In this document: piece after piece, positions 24,929-35,213 of the stretch
Numbering within the stretch: position 1 is the stretch's first letter
Layout: every line of letters starts with the position of its first letter
IMG/VR virus record: IMGVR_UViG_3300046810_000256
Coordinates: 1-64,000 of that record
DNA from: a virus
Direction: 5' to 3' (one strand)
Length of the DNA: 64,000 bases
Position numbers and translations under genes: made by a program
The notes under the pieces: model-generated
Database searches by the model: none
Told to the model about the DNA's origin: nothing
The model's input: the letters and a program-made list of their open reading frames with translations, nothing else

Positions 24929-26935
24929 TCAGCGACCGATGGCCAGATAGACGAACGGAATGGCTAGACTTCCCGAAGAACGCACATGCACTACCGACCA
25001 GTTGAGGACGTTCGCCGCAAAAAAATGATCGGTTGTAATGCTGTTGCTGTTCTGCAATTCGGAACTCCGGTAACCCAAAATTCGGAAAACTTGATTTGGA
25101 AAGGCCATCGGGAATGCGTAGGTATTGGTCACAATCGTCGTGCCCACCTGCGCCGTCTGCTGCCCCCACTGGATAATCACGCCGCCCAGCCACGACGGCA
25201 GTGCAAGCCAGCCGTTGACGCCGAAGTTCCAAGACACACCCATGCGTAGCTTTTTCGGCGTAACGATGGTGGCGTCATCAGCACCTGCATCTGTTAGAGA
25301 TTGAGTTGCGATTTTTGCGGTGCCTTGATTTTGTTCAGAGGCTTGCGCTGCGAGATACGCCAATGCTGCGATATCAATCTGCCCCTGATTGACCGGCGCG
25401 TTCCAGGCCTTGATGCACCACATCACCGCCAAGTTGCGCGGGCGCACAGTTCGCCAATATGCCGTGCCAAAGGAACCGGACTGCATCCCTGTCGCCGTGT
25501 AGTTGATATCCGCAGCGAATCCCGGCGCAGGATCAGCATCAATCTGCGCAACGTTGGCAATTCCTTGAACCGTTGGGCCGACACCGTCGTCACCTTGAAC
25601 TTTAGTGCCGACTTGATAACTGCCAACCGCACGTCCGGCATCAACCCCGCGCCCATGATCCCAGCCACGCAGGAACTCGGCGCGCGATTCTGGCAGGCGA
25701 AAGTTACCTGCGCCCTCATCGCCCTTGTTGAAGATCATGCCCAGGTACGCAGCCAAATCCGGATATGCCGCAATGCTTTGCACGCTGCCATCCACCTCCA
25801 AATAGCCCGGCGGAACGGTGGCGTTCGGCATTGGAAGCATGCTGCCTACTGGCAAGCCAGAAGAGGTTTTAAGCAATTCCAACACTTCGGCTTTGGTGTA
25901 GCTGTCTGCCACCTTGAACGACTTGAACGCGAGGAATTCCATGCGGTCATCGACGTTGCAAGGAATCGCCAACGTGACCTTTGAGCCGTCGGCAGCCGAT
26001 GCGAAGTCGTAAACCTCCCGACCGTTACGCAGCGCGATGATGCTGCCGGGAACGTGCGGGAAGGTGAACACTGACTGAGCAACTGCCGCCGTGAAGGAAA
26101 ACCGCTCGAAAGCCTTGCCGCTGCCCACGCCGCCGCCCAGCTGGAACACTGCGCCGTCGTAGTTGAGGTCGTACAGCGATCCGGCTTTGATATCGCCCGC
26201 ATCCAGATCCACTAGGCCGGTATCACCGCCCCGCTTCACTGCCTTGACGCCAAGCCCTTCGATGTTGACGGTTACCGGCGTTGTGTTGGTGCTGGCGGCC
26301 ACGAACTGGAAGCGCTGGAATTTCGCCAGCGTAGGCAAAGCCGACTCGGGCGCGTCCAGCTCCAGCAGCAGCGCATTCGCCGCACTACCAGCAGAATGCT
26401 TCAGCCCCATCAGCGGGCCTGCATCCTTCGCCACGTCTGCACGCAACAGGTATTGCGGGTGCGCGTTCGCGGCCCCCTCATGTTCGGACAGGGCTGCCAG
26501 CGCCGCACTTTGGTCGGGATCGATGACGATGGTAATGCTGTTCGCCGGTACCTGTGCAAAGGCCAGATCCGCGAACATGACGTAGGCCACGCCATTGGTT
26601 TTGTAGGACGCGATTTGTCCGTTGGCTTTCGACCAGACAAACGCAAGGGTATCGCCAGCCCAGAATGCAATCTCGCCAATCGGAACGTCGCCTACGTCCT
26701 CTTTCCATGCGGCGCTGATCCGCAGCTGGTAAGGCGTAGGGCGGCTACCGCCAGCAAAGGGAACACGGCTACCCACTGGACTGACCAACGCCACCTCGGT
26801 GCCGTCAGGGTCGTAGTGGGCCAAGCCGAACGAAACGCTGTCTACGATGAGTTCAATCCTGGTATTGCTGGCGTTGAACGCCGCAGCCTGACCGGCGAGC
26901 GTCAGCGTGGGATTGAGAATTAAAGGATCTGCCAT
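24929..26935 (-). CDS. Main tail fibre with collar domain
   Basis: HPQY, FRLPESRAEFLRGWDHGRGVD, RPRNLAVMWCIKAW, GVIIQWG C-terminal domain. Confidence 0.88.
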   Translation of the reverse strand: MADPLILNPTLTLAGQAAAFNASNTRIELIVDSVSFGLAHYDPDGTEVALVSPVGSRVPFAGGSRPTPYQLRISAAWKEDVGDVPIGEIAFWAGDTLAFVWSKANGQIASYKTNGVAYVMFADLAFAQVPANSITIVIDPDQSAALAALSEHEGAANAHPQYLLRADVAKDAGPLMGLKHSAGSAANALLLELDAPESALPTLAKFQRFQFVAASTNTTPVTVNIEGLGVKAVKRGGDTGLVDLDAGDIKAGSLYDLNYDGAVFQLGGGVGSGKAFERFSFTAAVAQSVFTFPHVPGSIIALRNGREVYDFASAADGSKVTLAIPCNVDDRMEFLAFKSFKVADSYTKAEVLELLKTSSGLPVGSMLPMPNATVPPGYLEVDGSVQSIAAYPDLAAYLGMIFNKGDEGAGNFRLPESRAEFLRGWDHGRGVDAGRAVGSYQVGTKVQGDDGVGPTVQGIANVAQIDADPAPGFAADINYTATGMQSGSFGTAYWRTVRPRNLAVMWCIKAWNAPVNQGQIDIAALAYLAAQASEQNQGTAKIATQSLTDAGADDATIVTPKKLRMGVSWNFGVNGWLALPSWLGGVIIQWGQQTAQVGTTIVTNTYAFPMAFPNQVFRILGYRSSELQNSNSITTDHFFAANVLNWSVVHVRSSGSLAIPFVYLAIGR

Positions 26936-26962
26936 AAAGCCCCCGGCGGTTATTTATGGCAA

Positions 26963-27003
26963 AGCGTAAGGCCGAAAAACGGCCCTACTTGGTGAAGGTT
27001 TGC
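26963..27003 (-). promoter_or_regulatory. Late promoter motif (GCAAACC-N28-TACGCT)
   Basis: Conserved spacing; upstream of the tail fibre. Confidence 0.7.
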
Positions 27004-27710
27004 ATGTCCAAGCGGTCGCGCGAACTGAACAGCAGGTTCGAACCGCCGACCTTGATGCCTGGACCAATGCGGGTATAGGCGCCGACGTCGCGCGGGTGAA
27101 ATTGCGACGTCCCGGAAATGCGGCCTACGTTGAAGCCATAGGCGATACACGCAATCGGGATTGCCAAAGCTGCCCGGCGGGCGGCGCGCAGATCCAGCAC
27201 GAACCGCGCAGCCACTGCTGTACGGGCGGCGGTCAGAATCCGCTCCGGAACGATTTCCGTCTCGATGTCCACGCGCAAGCGGCTGGTGAGGAAGTAGTCG
27301 GTCAGCTCCAGCCCGGCCAGCTCAATCTCATGTTCCGTCATCAGGTCGACCGGGTACACGCCCTCCTTTTCAGGCTTCAGGCACCACATCTGATCAATGG
27401 TGAAGACGTCGCCGAACAGCGCCCGCAGGTAGAATTTCAGGAAGTGCGTGCCACGCTGGGGATTGAGATAGCGCCAGGCCTTGAACAGCATGCGGGTCTT
27501 GTCGCTGGTGGTGTCGTTGAGCAGCGCCAGCCCGTCGTTGTTCAGCCCGCGACTGATAAAGGCGTCCGGCCCAAGGTGCGGCATCCCGAGGGTGTTGGCG
27601 TCAATGACGTCGCCCGCCAGATTTTTGCGGTAGAGGCTGACAAACAGCGCCTTGAACTCGGATTCAATGGCGTCATATTCGGCGCTGCGCAGTAATGGCT
27701 TGAGTTCCAT
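26985..27710 (-). CDS. Baseplate wedge subunit (GpI-like)
   Basis: QRGTHFLKFYLRALFG motif; follows the BplA-like gene. Confidence 0.65.
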   Translation of the reverse strand: MELKPLLRSAEYDAIESEFKALFVSLYRKNLAGDVIDANTLGMPHLGPDAFISRGLNNDGLALLNDTTSDKTRMLFKAWRYLNPQRGTHFLKFYLRALFGDVFTIDQMWCLKPEKEGVYPVDLMTEHEIELAGLELTDYFLTSRLRVDIETEIVPERILTAARTAVAARFVLDLRAARRAALAIPIACIAYGFNVGRISGTSQFHPRDVGAYTRIGPGIKVGGSNLLFSSRDRLDMQTFTK

Positions 27711-29095
27711 CAGTTCGCTGTCTCCGTGACGACTTCCAGGCTCTCTTCAGTCACGTACCGGAAGTGTTCGGGTAAGTCCGCCGTGTCGTCGCCGATCATG
27801 TCGACAGAGATATCAGCAACGCGCTGTGTCAGCGCCGGAATGTTCTTGCGCAGCAGGTCGTAGATGTCTTTCTTAAGCATCTTCGCTTCGCCGCGCTTGG
27901 CCCAGTCAGATTCGCGCCCGTAATTCTCAAGGATCAGCGCTCGCACGGCCTGCATCGTTGCCGCAGAGTCATATGTCGAGGGAACGTAGAGGGTGAGCTT
28001 GAGCGGTACCGCCTTCTCAATCGCGTCCACGAACTTGATGCGGTAGCTGTTATCGGCAGTGGTGATGATCAGCCTGATTTCGCTTTGCAGCGCGCTCGGG
28101 GTTACGCCGTTCTTCAACACGGACACGAACAGCTTGTTCATGTTCTCGACGCTGGCGGGCCGCACCGATTCCTCTTTCAGCTCGTTCCACACGTTGAGGA
28201 ACGTGACAGCGCCAAGCTTTTTGCGCACCAGAAAGTCGAAGTTGGCCCGGTAAACGGCGTTCTCGCTGTAGATGCCCGGAAACGAGCAGATTTCCCGCAT
28301 GGTCGTGACGCTCATGGGCGCCTCACCCGCCTGGCTCACGTCAGACAGCACCATGGTCGCCTTCTCCGTGGCATCGGTGTATTCGAAGTAAAACGCCATG
28401 CCCACGCTCGGGCTGATTTCGCCCTCGGTGTCATAGATGGAGATATTGAGCTTTGTGCCTGTGGCTGGCTGTGTCCCGGCCAGACCGGTAACGCCGAACA
28501 CCAGACTGAGCACCTGATTTTCATCGGTCTGAATGTGATAGACCAGATCGCCATCCAGCACGTTGCAGAACTCGGGGGCGTACTCCCAACCGGTCACAGT
28601 TACTTCAGCGATATAGCCAATATCAGGCTCTGCCAGTTCGACAGGATAAAACGGCTGATTCTGCGCCACCGCATGCGTCACGGTTCGCAGCTCCACCTGG
28701 CGGGCGACGATGGTGCCAGTGCCACCAGCTGCTACTTGGGCGCCGGTCGTAACCCGCCACATACGCCCATTCTGATCGCGCAGCACGCGCCCGCCGAGGA
28801 TCTTCAGCAGTTTCGTGCCGCCGTTCGTGACGGTAATGGCGGCGATGCACGGGCGACCGAATGGCAGAACACCCTTTACCGAGGCGTCCGCCAGCACTGT
28901 CACGTCGCGCGCCTTCAGGTAAGTCTCACCCGCTGTTACCTCCACCTGATTGGCCACGTCGGCGAGCATGGCCGCCATGGACGCCAGCCCTTGCGTAATC
29001 AGCGGATCACCGATCTGGAAGCGCTTGGTCAAGGTCGGGTAATTGGTGATTTCGTCTACGGCGCTCTGTAGGAACTGGTCTTTAGTAATTGCCAC
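27710..29095 (-). CDS. bplA: Baseplate wedge protein (BplA/GpJ-like)
   Basis: Size, position and NAVYRANFDFLVR motif. Confidence 0.7.
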   Translation of the reverse strand: MAITKDQFLQSAVDEITNYPTLTKRFQIGDPLITQGLASMAAMLADVANQVEVTAGETYLKARDVTVLADASVKGVLPFGRPCIAAITVTNGGTKLLKILGGRVLRDQNGRMWRVTTGAQVAAGGTGTIVARQVELRTVTHAVAQNQPFYPVELAEPDIGYIAEVTVTGWEYAPEFCNVLDGDLVYHIQTDENQVLSLVFGVTGLAGTQPATGTKLNISIYDTEGEISPSVGMAFYFEYTDATEKATMVLSDVSQAGEAPMSVTTMREICSFPGIYSENAVYRANFDFLVRKKLGAVTFLNVWNELKEESVRPASVENMNKLFVSVLKNGVTPSALQSEIRLIITTADNSYRIKFVDAIEKAVPLKLTLYVPSTYDSAATMQAVRALILENYGRESDWAKRGEAKMLKKDIYDLLRKNIPALTQRVADISVDMIGDDTADLPEHFRYVTEESLEVVTETAN

Positions 29096-29399
29096 GGGAT
29101 ACCTCTGACAAGTCGGAAAGGCTCAGCATCTGCCCGGCCACTTCGATATGAACGTTTTTGATCTCGATGCCCTCGGACGTGGCATACAGGTTGATCGTCC
29201 CCGGCGGGAACGCGCCCAACACAGGAATGTCTTTGAGCAGCTTGGCCAGGAACCAATCGGCCAACGGCGAGTTGAGCGGCTTTTGCAGCATTTCCTCGAC
29301 GGGGTTGCCGTAGGTGCTGCCGTAGTAGGTGTTCGGCTTGGTCGCCCACCAGTGCGCGATCATGCGAAAAATCAGGTCAGTGTTTAACGTTTCGGCCAT
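29082..29399 (-). CDS. Baseplate protein (P1 gp26/gp25-like)
   Basis: HWWATKPNTYYGSTYGNP...FLAKLLKDIP; likely start ATG 29399. Confidence 0.65.
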   Translation of the reverse strand: MAETLNTDLIFRMIAHWWATKPNTYYGSTYGNPVEEMLQKPLNSPLADWFLAKLLKDIPVLGAFPPGTINLYATSEGIEIKNVHIEVAGQMLSLSDLSEVSRGNY

Positions 29400-29427
29400 G
29401 ACGGGCGCGCTCAGAATGCTTTGCGGC

Positions 29428-29468
29428 ATCTTGGCAAAGAAAACCGCCACCTTTCGGCAGCGGTTTGC
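29428..29468 (-). promoter_or_regulatory. Late promoter motif (GCAAACC-N28-CAAGAT)
   Basis: Conserved spacing. Confidence 0.7.
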
Positions 29469-29471
29469 GGG

Positions 29472-32069
29472 TTACAACTGCATGCCAATCCCGCCAGCGG
29501 AGACGTGAGCAATGCTCCTATCCTGTACGTTTTGCGATAGCGGCGTTTCAAGGTTCACCGTCGTAGGGCCTTCTTTGCCCCCACCAGATCCCGGCGGTGG
29601 CGCTTTCACCTCGGCCATGCTTGGAATCTTCACTTGGCTGGCGTCTGCCGCTGCTGGCGCATAGCTCGCCACTTTGGGGGCCGCCAGCGTTGCCGGTATC
29701 GCGTTGTTTGCCACGGACACCGGGCGAACCTGTGAGGGGGCCATGATGCCGATTGGCGTAGCGGCCTGGGCCCCGGCAAGGCTTTTGGGTGACGCCACCG
29801 CCGCCATGGTGCTGGCCACCGCCGTGCCGACTGCCGCGGGCGCCGCTACCTTCATTTCGTCCGCGCGCCGGGTAGGCGTCAGATCGCCCGCCTTGGCTTG
29901 CGCCAGATAGGTTTCTTCGTACTTCTTCTGCACGTCGGCCAGGCCGTTGGTGCCGCCGTTCGTGAGCTTGCGCGCCTTGACCATGTCCCCGGCCTGAGCC
30001 GCCTTGTCGGCGCCGGAGCTTTTCCAGTGCTGCACCGCGATCTGCGCCGAATACTTCGGATCCGCCGCCAGCTCAGGGTTGTTCACAAGGTCTACGCCCA
30101 GCTTCTTGCCCATTTCCTCATACTGGGCGCGCCCGGTCAGCTGCAACGCCCCACGCCCGCGAAACTTGTAGCCGTCGCCGGGATCCTTGTTCCCCATACG
30201 CCCGCCATAGACCTTGTTGGCGATAGCCTCGGGGTTGTTGGCGTCGGCGCGGGCTGACTCGGCATCCTTGTAGTATTTGGGGAAAACCTCCTGCAAGCGC
30301 TTGGCGCTGTAGTTCAGGTTCTCTTCTTTCTTCGTGAAACCGCCCGACTCGTGGTCAACGTTGGCCATCAGCATGGCCTTGGATTTAGGGTCTGTAATGC
30401 CGCCCGCGTCCATGGCCTGAATCAGCTGATCCTTGGCGGCGTTGGAACTGCTCGATCCAAACTTCCCGCCCGTTGCCTTGTAGAGCATGTTTGAACCGGC
30501 GTCAGCGACACTGCTCGCCTTGTCGGCCACGTAATCCTTGCCGTCCTGCACCTTGTCCATCACGGTGTCTTTAACGCCCAGCACCGCATCGGTGGCCTTG
30601 TTCCAGGCGTCTTTGATCCACTGTCCAACAGCGGTGAAGGCTTTGGCCTGTACATCAAGGAAGCCCTTGAAGCCATCCGATACAAAGTTGAATGCAGCGG
30701 TGGCCGCTTCAAGTGCGCCATCCTTCAAGCTGTTGAAGGCATCACCGATCTTGCCCGGGATTGCATCCAAGTCCACGGTCGACAGCCACTCGCCGACCAA
30801 ACCGCCCAAGGCATCACCGATAATGCCGCCAGCGATGACGCCAGCAGGGCCGCCGAGCATGCCCACGAGGCCACCAACGATGCCGCCGACACCACTGCCG
30901 ACGTTGCCCCACTTGTTTTTCTTGTTCTCCTCGGGAGACAGGTTTGGATCGTCATCTGCCATCGCGTCGGACGCGAGCATTGCGCCACCGAACAAGGCGC
31001 CGATAAAGGGGATCTTTTTCAGCAGCCCCTTGCCCAACTTCGCCGCACCGCCACCCATACTTTTCAGCAGCCCCTTAAGGCCGCCGCCTTTCGTTGCGGA
31101 TGCGGCTTTGGCTGCGTTTTTTGCGTCTTTCGCAGCCGCCGCGGCAGCTTTCCCCTTGCCATCAATTGGTGAGCCGTCTGCGCTCAAGGCATTACGGGAG
31201 TGGGAGTTGTCCCGCCCTCGCCCACTGCGCCCACCGACATCCCCACCACGAGAAGAGCGACGGGAGCGACGGCCCGGCAGGAGGCTGCTGGCAGCCTTCA
31301 ATAGCCGAGAAGCACCCAAGAGCCGCCCCAGCGCTTTGAACGGCGCCAGCACAGCGCCAACGAGCGCCAGCAGCATCCCGAGCATGCCGCCCATCCCACC
31401 ACGGCCCTTACCCTTGTTCGCGTCTTCCTGGCCTCGCCAGATGCGGCGCAGCCAGGTGACGTTCTCCCGGTGCTCTTTGGTTTGCTTGGCGTCCTTGTCG
31501 CGCCCGAACAGGCGCCCCAGCGGCTTGAACAGTGACAGGGCTGGCGACAGCAGGCTGCTCACCTCTTTGGCCGCCTGAATAGCCGGGTCAACATTGTCGA
31601 CGTCGGCGGTCAGCTTGCTGCTCATGTCCTTGGCTGCGTCGACAATCGAACTGCCGATTGCCTGGGCGGCGCCTGGGCCCATTGATCCGTCTGCGCTGGC
31701 GCCCCTTGCCGAGCTGCTGCCACCCGTGAAGCGTCCGGAAGCGTCTCGTGTTCCCGCCTGGCGCGGTGTGGCCGCCATGCGCTCAGACACAGGACGGCCC
31801 GAACTCCCGCCACCGGAACGCGAAGGCGAACGCGGTGAGGCTGGATCGTTGGCGGCGGCGCTGGTGCTGATCGATGCGCGGCGAGCGCCAGCAGGTTCGG
31901 GCTGCACTGCCGGACGTCGCTGGCTCAGGCCGCCCAGGTGCTTGACGATAGCGCTGGTGTTGCTCTCGATCTGGCGCAGCAGCTTCAGCTCTTGCGCCAG
32001 CTGCTCAACCTCATCAGCAATACTCTCGCCGCGCAGAAAGCCGGTCGACGAATCATGTTCGATGGCCAT
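29472..32069 (-). CDS. Tape measure protein (Sit-like) with GH19 muramidase domain
   Basis: Gly/Ala-rich hydrophobic segments; HESGGF...ENLNYS...GDGYKFRGRGALQLTGR...TNGGTNGL. Confidence 0.85.
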   Translation of the reverse strand: MAIEHDSSTGFLRGESIADEVEQLAQELKLLRQIESNTSAIVKHLGGLSQRRPAVQPEPAGARRASISTSAAANDPASPRSPSRSGGGSSGRPVSERMAATPRQAGTRDASGRFTGGSSSARGASADGSMGPGAAQAIGSSIVDAAKDMSSKLTADVDNVDPAIQAAKEVSSLLSPALSLFKPLGRLFGRDKDAKQTKEHRENVTWLRRIWRGQEDANKGKGRGGMGGMLGMLLALVGAVLAPFKALGRLLGASRLLKAASSLLPGRRSRRSSRGGDVGGRSGRGRDNSHSRNALSADGSPIDGKGKAAAAAAKDAKNAAKAASATKGGGLKGLLKSMGGGAAKLGKGLLKKIPFIGALFGGAMLASDAMADDDPNLSPEENKKNKWGNVGSGVGGIVGGLVGMLGGPAGVIAGGIIGDALGGLVGEWLSTVDLDAIPGKIGDAFNSLKDGALEAATAAFNFVSDGFKGFLDVQAKAFTAVGQWIKDAWNKATDAVLGVKDTVMDKVQDGKDYVADKASSVADAGSNMLYKATGGKFGSSSSNAAKDQLIQAMDAGGITDPKSKAMLMANVDHESGGFTKKEENLNYSAKRLQEVFPKYYKDAESARADANNPEAIANKVYGGRMGNKDPGDGYKFRGRGALQLTGRAQYEEMGKKLGVDLVNNPELAADPKYSAQIAVQHWKSSGADKAAQAGDMVKARKLTNGGTNGLADVQKKYEETYLAQAKAGDLTPTRRADEMKVAAPAAVGTAVASTMAAVASPKSLAGAQAATPIGIMAPSQVRPVSVANNAIPATLAAPKVASYAPAAADASQVKIPSMAEVKAPPPGSGGGKEGPTTVNLETPLSQNVQDRSIAHVSAGGIGMQL

Positions 32070-32072
32070 GGC

Positions 32073-32984
32073 TTACTGCCCACCGAGGACGGAACCAACA
32101 ACCGACAGGACTTTCTTGACGCCGCTGGTAACGGTGGCCATGGCGCCCTTGTCGTCTTCCTTCTCCGGCTCAGGCTGGTAGCCGGGCAGCTCAGTGCGGG
32201 CCATGAATCGGTTCGCGCTGTCGAGCATTGCGGTGCCCGGATCCATGTTGATACCGCGCTCCATCACCGCCGGTGCGCTGTCGAGCATGGGCGCCTCGAT
32301 CTTCGCCTGGCGCAGACGTTCCAGCAGCCTGGCGTTGTACTCAGTCAGTTCATCGTTGATTTTGTATTGCTTCAAGATGTCGTTACTGAGCCCTTCGGCG
32401 AAGGCGTCAGACTCTTTGATCATGTTGTCGACCGAATCCAGCAGCGCGGCGCTTTCCGTTGGGAAGGTGTCGACCGGCGCGAATACGCCCGGCGTCACAC
32501 TGTCCAGCATCACCGCATAGCCGCGGTTGTTGTCGTAGTTCGGCGCACGCACCAGATCCATGCCGAAATACCCCTTGGGCACGCGCAGGCCGTTCTCTTC
32601 AGGCGCGTAGATTGCCGAACTGAAGCCATAGGCCTTGCTGTCCCACAGACGCGCGCCAACACGCCCCGGCGCGGTATCAAGAAACTCTTGCTCGTGCTCC
32701 ACGTCACCATTTGGGTAGCACTTGAGGTAGAGCGTGCGGCACGTCGGCTCAAGCACTACAGGCACGTTGTCCACCATGACGGTTTCCGGAACGTCCAGCC
32801 CGTATTTCTCCCGGTACTGGTGGCCGATAAAGCCATAGATGTCACCCTTGCGGATCGACTCCTGAAGCGCCGCACCGTTGAACAAGCGCATGGCGGCATC
32901 AATGTCGATTGCGCGCTTCTGCCCGGTGAAGCTGCGCTTGATGTCGTTCAGGTTGTAGCGGATCACGCCCGTGCGCTTACTCAT
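32073..32984 (-). CDS. pro: Prohead processing protease (P1 Pro-like)
   Basis: YGFIGHQYR, VEHEQEFLDT, GFSSA, GMDLVRAPNY; directly after the portal. Confidence 0.75.
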   Translation of the reverse strand: MSKRTGVIRYNLNDIKRSFTGQKRAIDIDAAMRLFNGAALQESIRKGDIYGFIGHQYREKYGLDVPETVMVDNVPVVLEPTCRTLYLKCYPNGDVEHEQEFLDTAPGRVGARLWDSKAYGFSSAIYAPEENGLRVPKGYFGMDLVRAPNYDNNRGYAVMLDSVTPGVFAPVDTFPTESAALLDSVDNMIKESDAFAEGLSNDILKQYKINDELTEYNARLLERLRQAKIEAPMLDSAPAVMERGINMDPGTAMLDSANRFMARTELPGYQPEPEKEDDKGAMATVTSGVKKVLSVVGSVLGGQ

Positions 32985-34602
32985 CTAGATTGTCCTCGTT
33001 GTCTTTGTTGCCGCCAGCGTTCGCGCCTGGTGGTAGATCCATGTCGAAGTCGCCGCCACCGCCTGGCTGTACCGGTGGTTTCGCGTTGGCCAGCCCCTTG
33101 GCGAACATTTCCGCGCCCTCTGTGTCCATTTCCGCGACCTTGGCCAGCATGTACACCACGACGTCTTCCGGCAGACCCAGCTCACGCAGCTGCGCAAGGA
33201 TCTGCACGAGAATCGCGGCCTTGTTCATCGCTTTTTCGGAGCTCGACTGTTTCTCGGCCTCAAGCGCCGCGATACCGCCGTAGAAATTGATCGTGTAAGG
33301 GCGTTCGGTGTCCGGCCAGCACTTGCCGTACTTGGCCATCATGTGGCGGTCGATGGTGTCGTTGCAGGTCTTGGTGTAGCTGGTGCGCATCATCCGAGCG
33401 CGTTCGGCGCCCATGGCGCTGGTGCGGTTCGATCCGCCGTCGCCCAGGCCGCCCGACAACTGATCAGCGAAACCCATTTGGGAAATATCGGTACCGAGCG
33501 TGCCCGCCAGCTTCTTGGCGTGAAACATCACGTCTTCAATGCCGAGGTTCTGGCCGTTGGCGCCGGAAGCAATGCTGCTCACTTGGGTCAGCTGCTTGTT
33601 GTTGGAAACCGGAATAACGTTGAAATTACGGGACGTCGAATAAACGCCTTCCTGAATCTGCTTGTGCGCCCGCTCTTTCATGGCGGTGAGCATTTTGGTC
33701 AGGTTCTCGATGGTCTTGGCGCGCTGTTCCTTGGTGGTGTCGGCCAGGTCAATCGTCAGCAGAACCTCTTCGATAGAGCTAGCGATACGCTGCCCCACCA
33801 GACCGCGCAGCGCCGAATACAGGTTGTCAAAGTCCTGCTCAGCGGCCTCCAGCAACGAACCGCCCACCAACCCCGGGAGCGGCATGACATCGCGCAGGTT
33901 GACGGCTTCAAGATTGATCTTCTGCGCGTTCTCAATGATTTTCGTCTGAGGCAGCACCAGCATGCGCGGCATTTTCCAGCGCACGATATCCATGTGGCTG
34001 AGCTTGCTCTGCATCTTCTCGCCCAAGCTCACTACATAACCAACTGTGCGGCCCAGTTCTTCATAGGGCTGCACCAGCGGTGTCCAGAGCGTTTCATGGT
34101 CGAACGCCACAAGCCCTTCGCCCTTGATGGTGTACGCGCGAGCGTAGGAGTCGCCAAACCCGGCAGCGTTGAAACCCATGGAGTGGCAGCTGTCGTTCAG
34201 CATCTTGATGACTGGCGCCAGCTCGTCGACCATCTTCTGATCAGCACGACTGATATGCGGCTTCGCCTCAAGGAAAACGGTTTCCCCGGTGGTTTCGTGC
34301 CCGCCAAGTGCCATCTGGACGTTGTTGCGCAGGGCCGTGGAGATAAGCCCTTCCTGCATCATGAAATGGTATTTCATGTAAATCTGCGAGCGGGTGCGCA
34401 CCGGCTTGCCGGAGTTGCCCAGCAACATCTCGACGCCGACATAATCCGCATCGAAGGTGTCCACTTGATCCAGTCGCCGCATCGCGTGCTGATTGGCTTC
34501 GCTGGCGCTCATGTCGGAGAGTTGGCCGCCCATGATCAGGTCACGGGCGCCACCAATGAATCGCGACACCAGCCCTTTTTGGGGTTCAGTTGAATTAGCC
34601 AT
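32977..34602 (-). CDS. prt: Portal protein (P1 Prt-like)
   Basis: 541 aa; GFGDSYAR, GFADQLSGGLGDGG..RTS motifs. Confidence 0.8.
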   Translation of the reverse strand: MANSTEPQKGLVSRFIGGARDLIMGGQLSDMSASEANQHAMRRLDQVDTFDADYVGVEMLLGNSGKPVRTRSQIYMKYHFMMQEGLISTALRNNVQMALGGHETTGETVFLEAKPHISRADQKMVDELAPVIKMLNDSCHSMGFNAAGFGDSYARAYTIKGEGLVAFDHETLWTPLVQPYEELGRTVGYVVSLGEKMQSKLSHMDIVRWKMPRMLVLPQTKIIENAQKINLEAVNLRDVMPLPGLVGGSLLEAAEQDFDNLYSALRGLVGQRIASSIEEVLLTIDLADTTKEQRAKTIENLTKMLTAMKERAHKQIQEGVYSTSRNFNVIPVSNNKQLTQVSSIASGANGQNLGIEDVMFHAKKLAGTLGTDISQMGFADQLSGGLGDGGSNRTSAMGAERARMMRTSYTKTCNDTIDRHMMAKYGKCWPDTERPYTINFYGGIAALEAEKQSSSEKAMNKAAILVQILAQLRELGLPEDVVVYMLAKVAEMDTEGAEMFAKGLANAKPPVQPGGGGDFDMDLPPGANAGGNKDNEDNLDE

Positions 34603-34634
34603 TCACGTACACACTGAGGCTTGAATTAACCCCC

Positions 34635-34675
34635 AGCGTACAGGCGCAAAAACGCCTTCCCCGGCGCCGGTTTGC
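34635..34675 (-). promoter_or_regulatory. Late promoter motif (GCAAACC-N28-TACGCT)
   Basis: Conserved spacing upstream of the portal. Confidence 0.7.
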
Positions 34676-34746
34676 GCGTCAATCGGACACAAAAAAGCCC
34701 CGGCGCAATGGCGTCGAGGCTTATCGATTTTGCATTGGTCGGCGGT

Positions 34747-35160
34747 CTATCGGGCGCCCTTGCTGTGCTTCTGCCAAGCCTGTAGCGGTGTGGTCACGCC
34801 TTCATGCGTGGTCAACCACTGGTACCGCTCTTGCTCGCTCAGGTCTTGCCACCATTCCGCCGCTTCATCACCGCCTTCCATGGTCAGGTCAATGATCGTC
34901 TCTAAGGTGGGTTCGCCCGGCTCGCGGTGCTCGTTGTACATTTCAAACAACACTTCCGGCGTCATCGGCTTGCGCGGCAGGTTGTCGACAACCTCATAGG
35001 TGTAACTGCCTTTCCCGCCCAGCAGTGTGCCATTGCCACGCGCGGAACCAAACTTGATGGCATCGACGGCGTTGTCGATCATGTCGCCGATATCCTTTGT
35101 CTCGATGGCCTCAATCTCAATAACGATCTTCACCTTGAGGCGTTCTTGTTCCGGGGGCAT
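34747..35160 (-). CDS. Hypothetical protein
   Basis: GGAG RBS before ATG 35160; followed by a terminator-like hairpin near 34691-34722. Confidence 0.55.
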   Translation of the reverse strand: MPPEQERLKVKIVIEIEAIETKDIGDMIDNAVDAIKFGSARGNGTLLGGKGSYTYEVVDNLPRKPMTPEVLFEMYNEHREPGEPTLETIIDLTMEGGDEAAEWWQDLSEQERYQWLTTHEGVTTPLQAWQKHSKGAR

Positions 35161-35213
35161 GGGGCGCTCTCCAATGAGCCACAATAATGCGCCCACCATG
35201 CCACCGGCTGGCT

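Noticed and set aside
22759-26935. Cin-type invertible tail fibre segment or diversity-generating retroelement
   Set aside because: All modules are co-oriented; no invertase, reverse transcriptase or template repeat is visible
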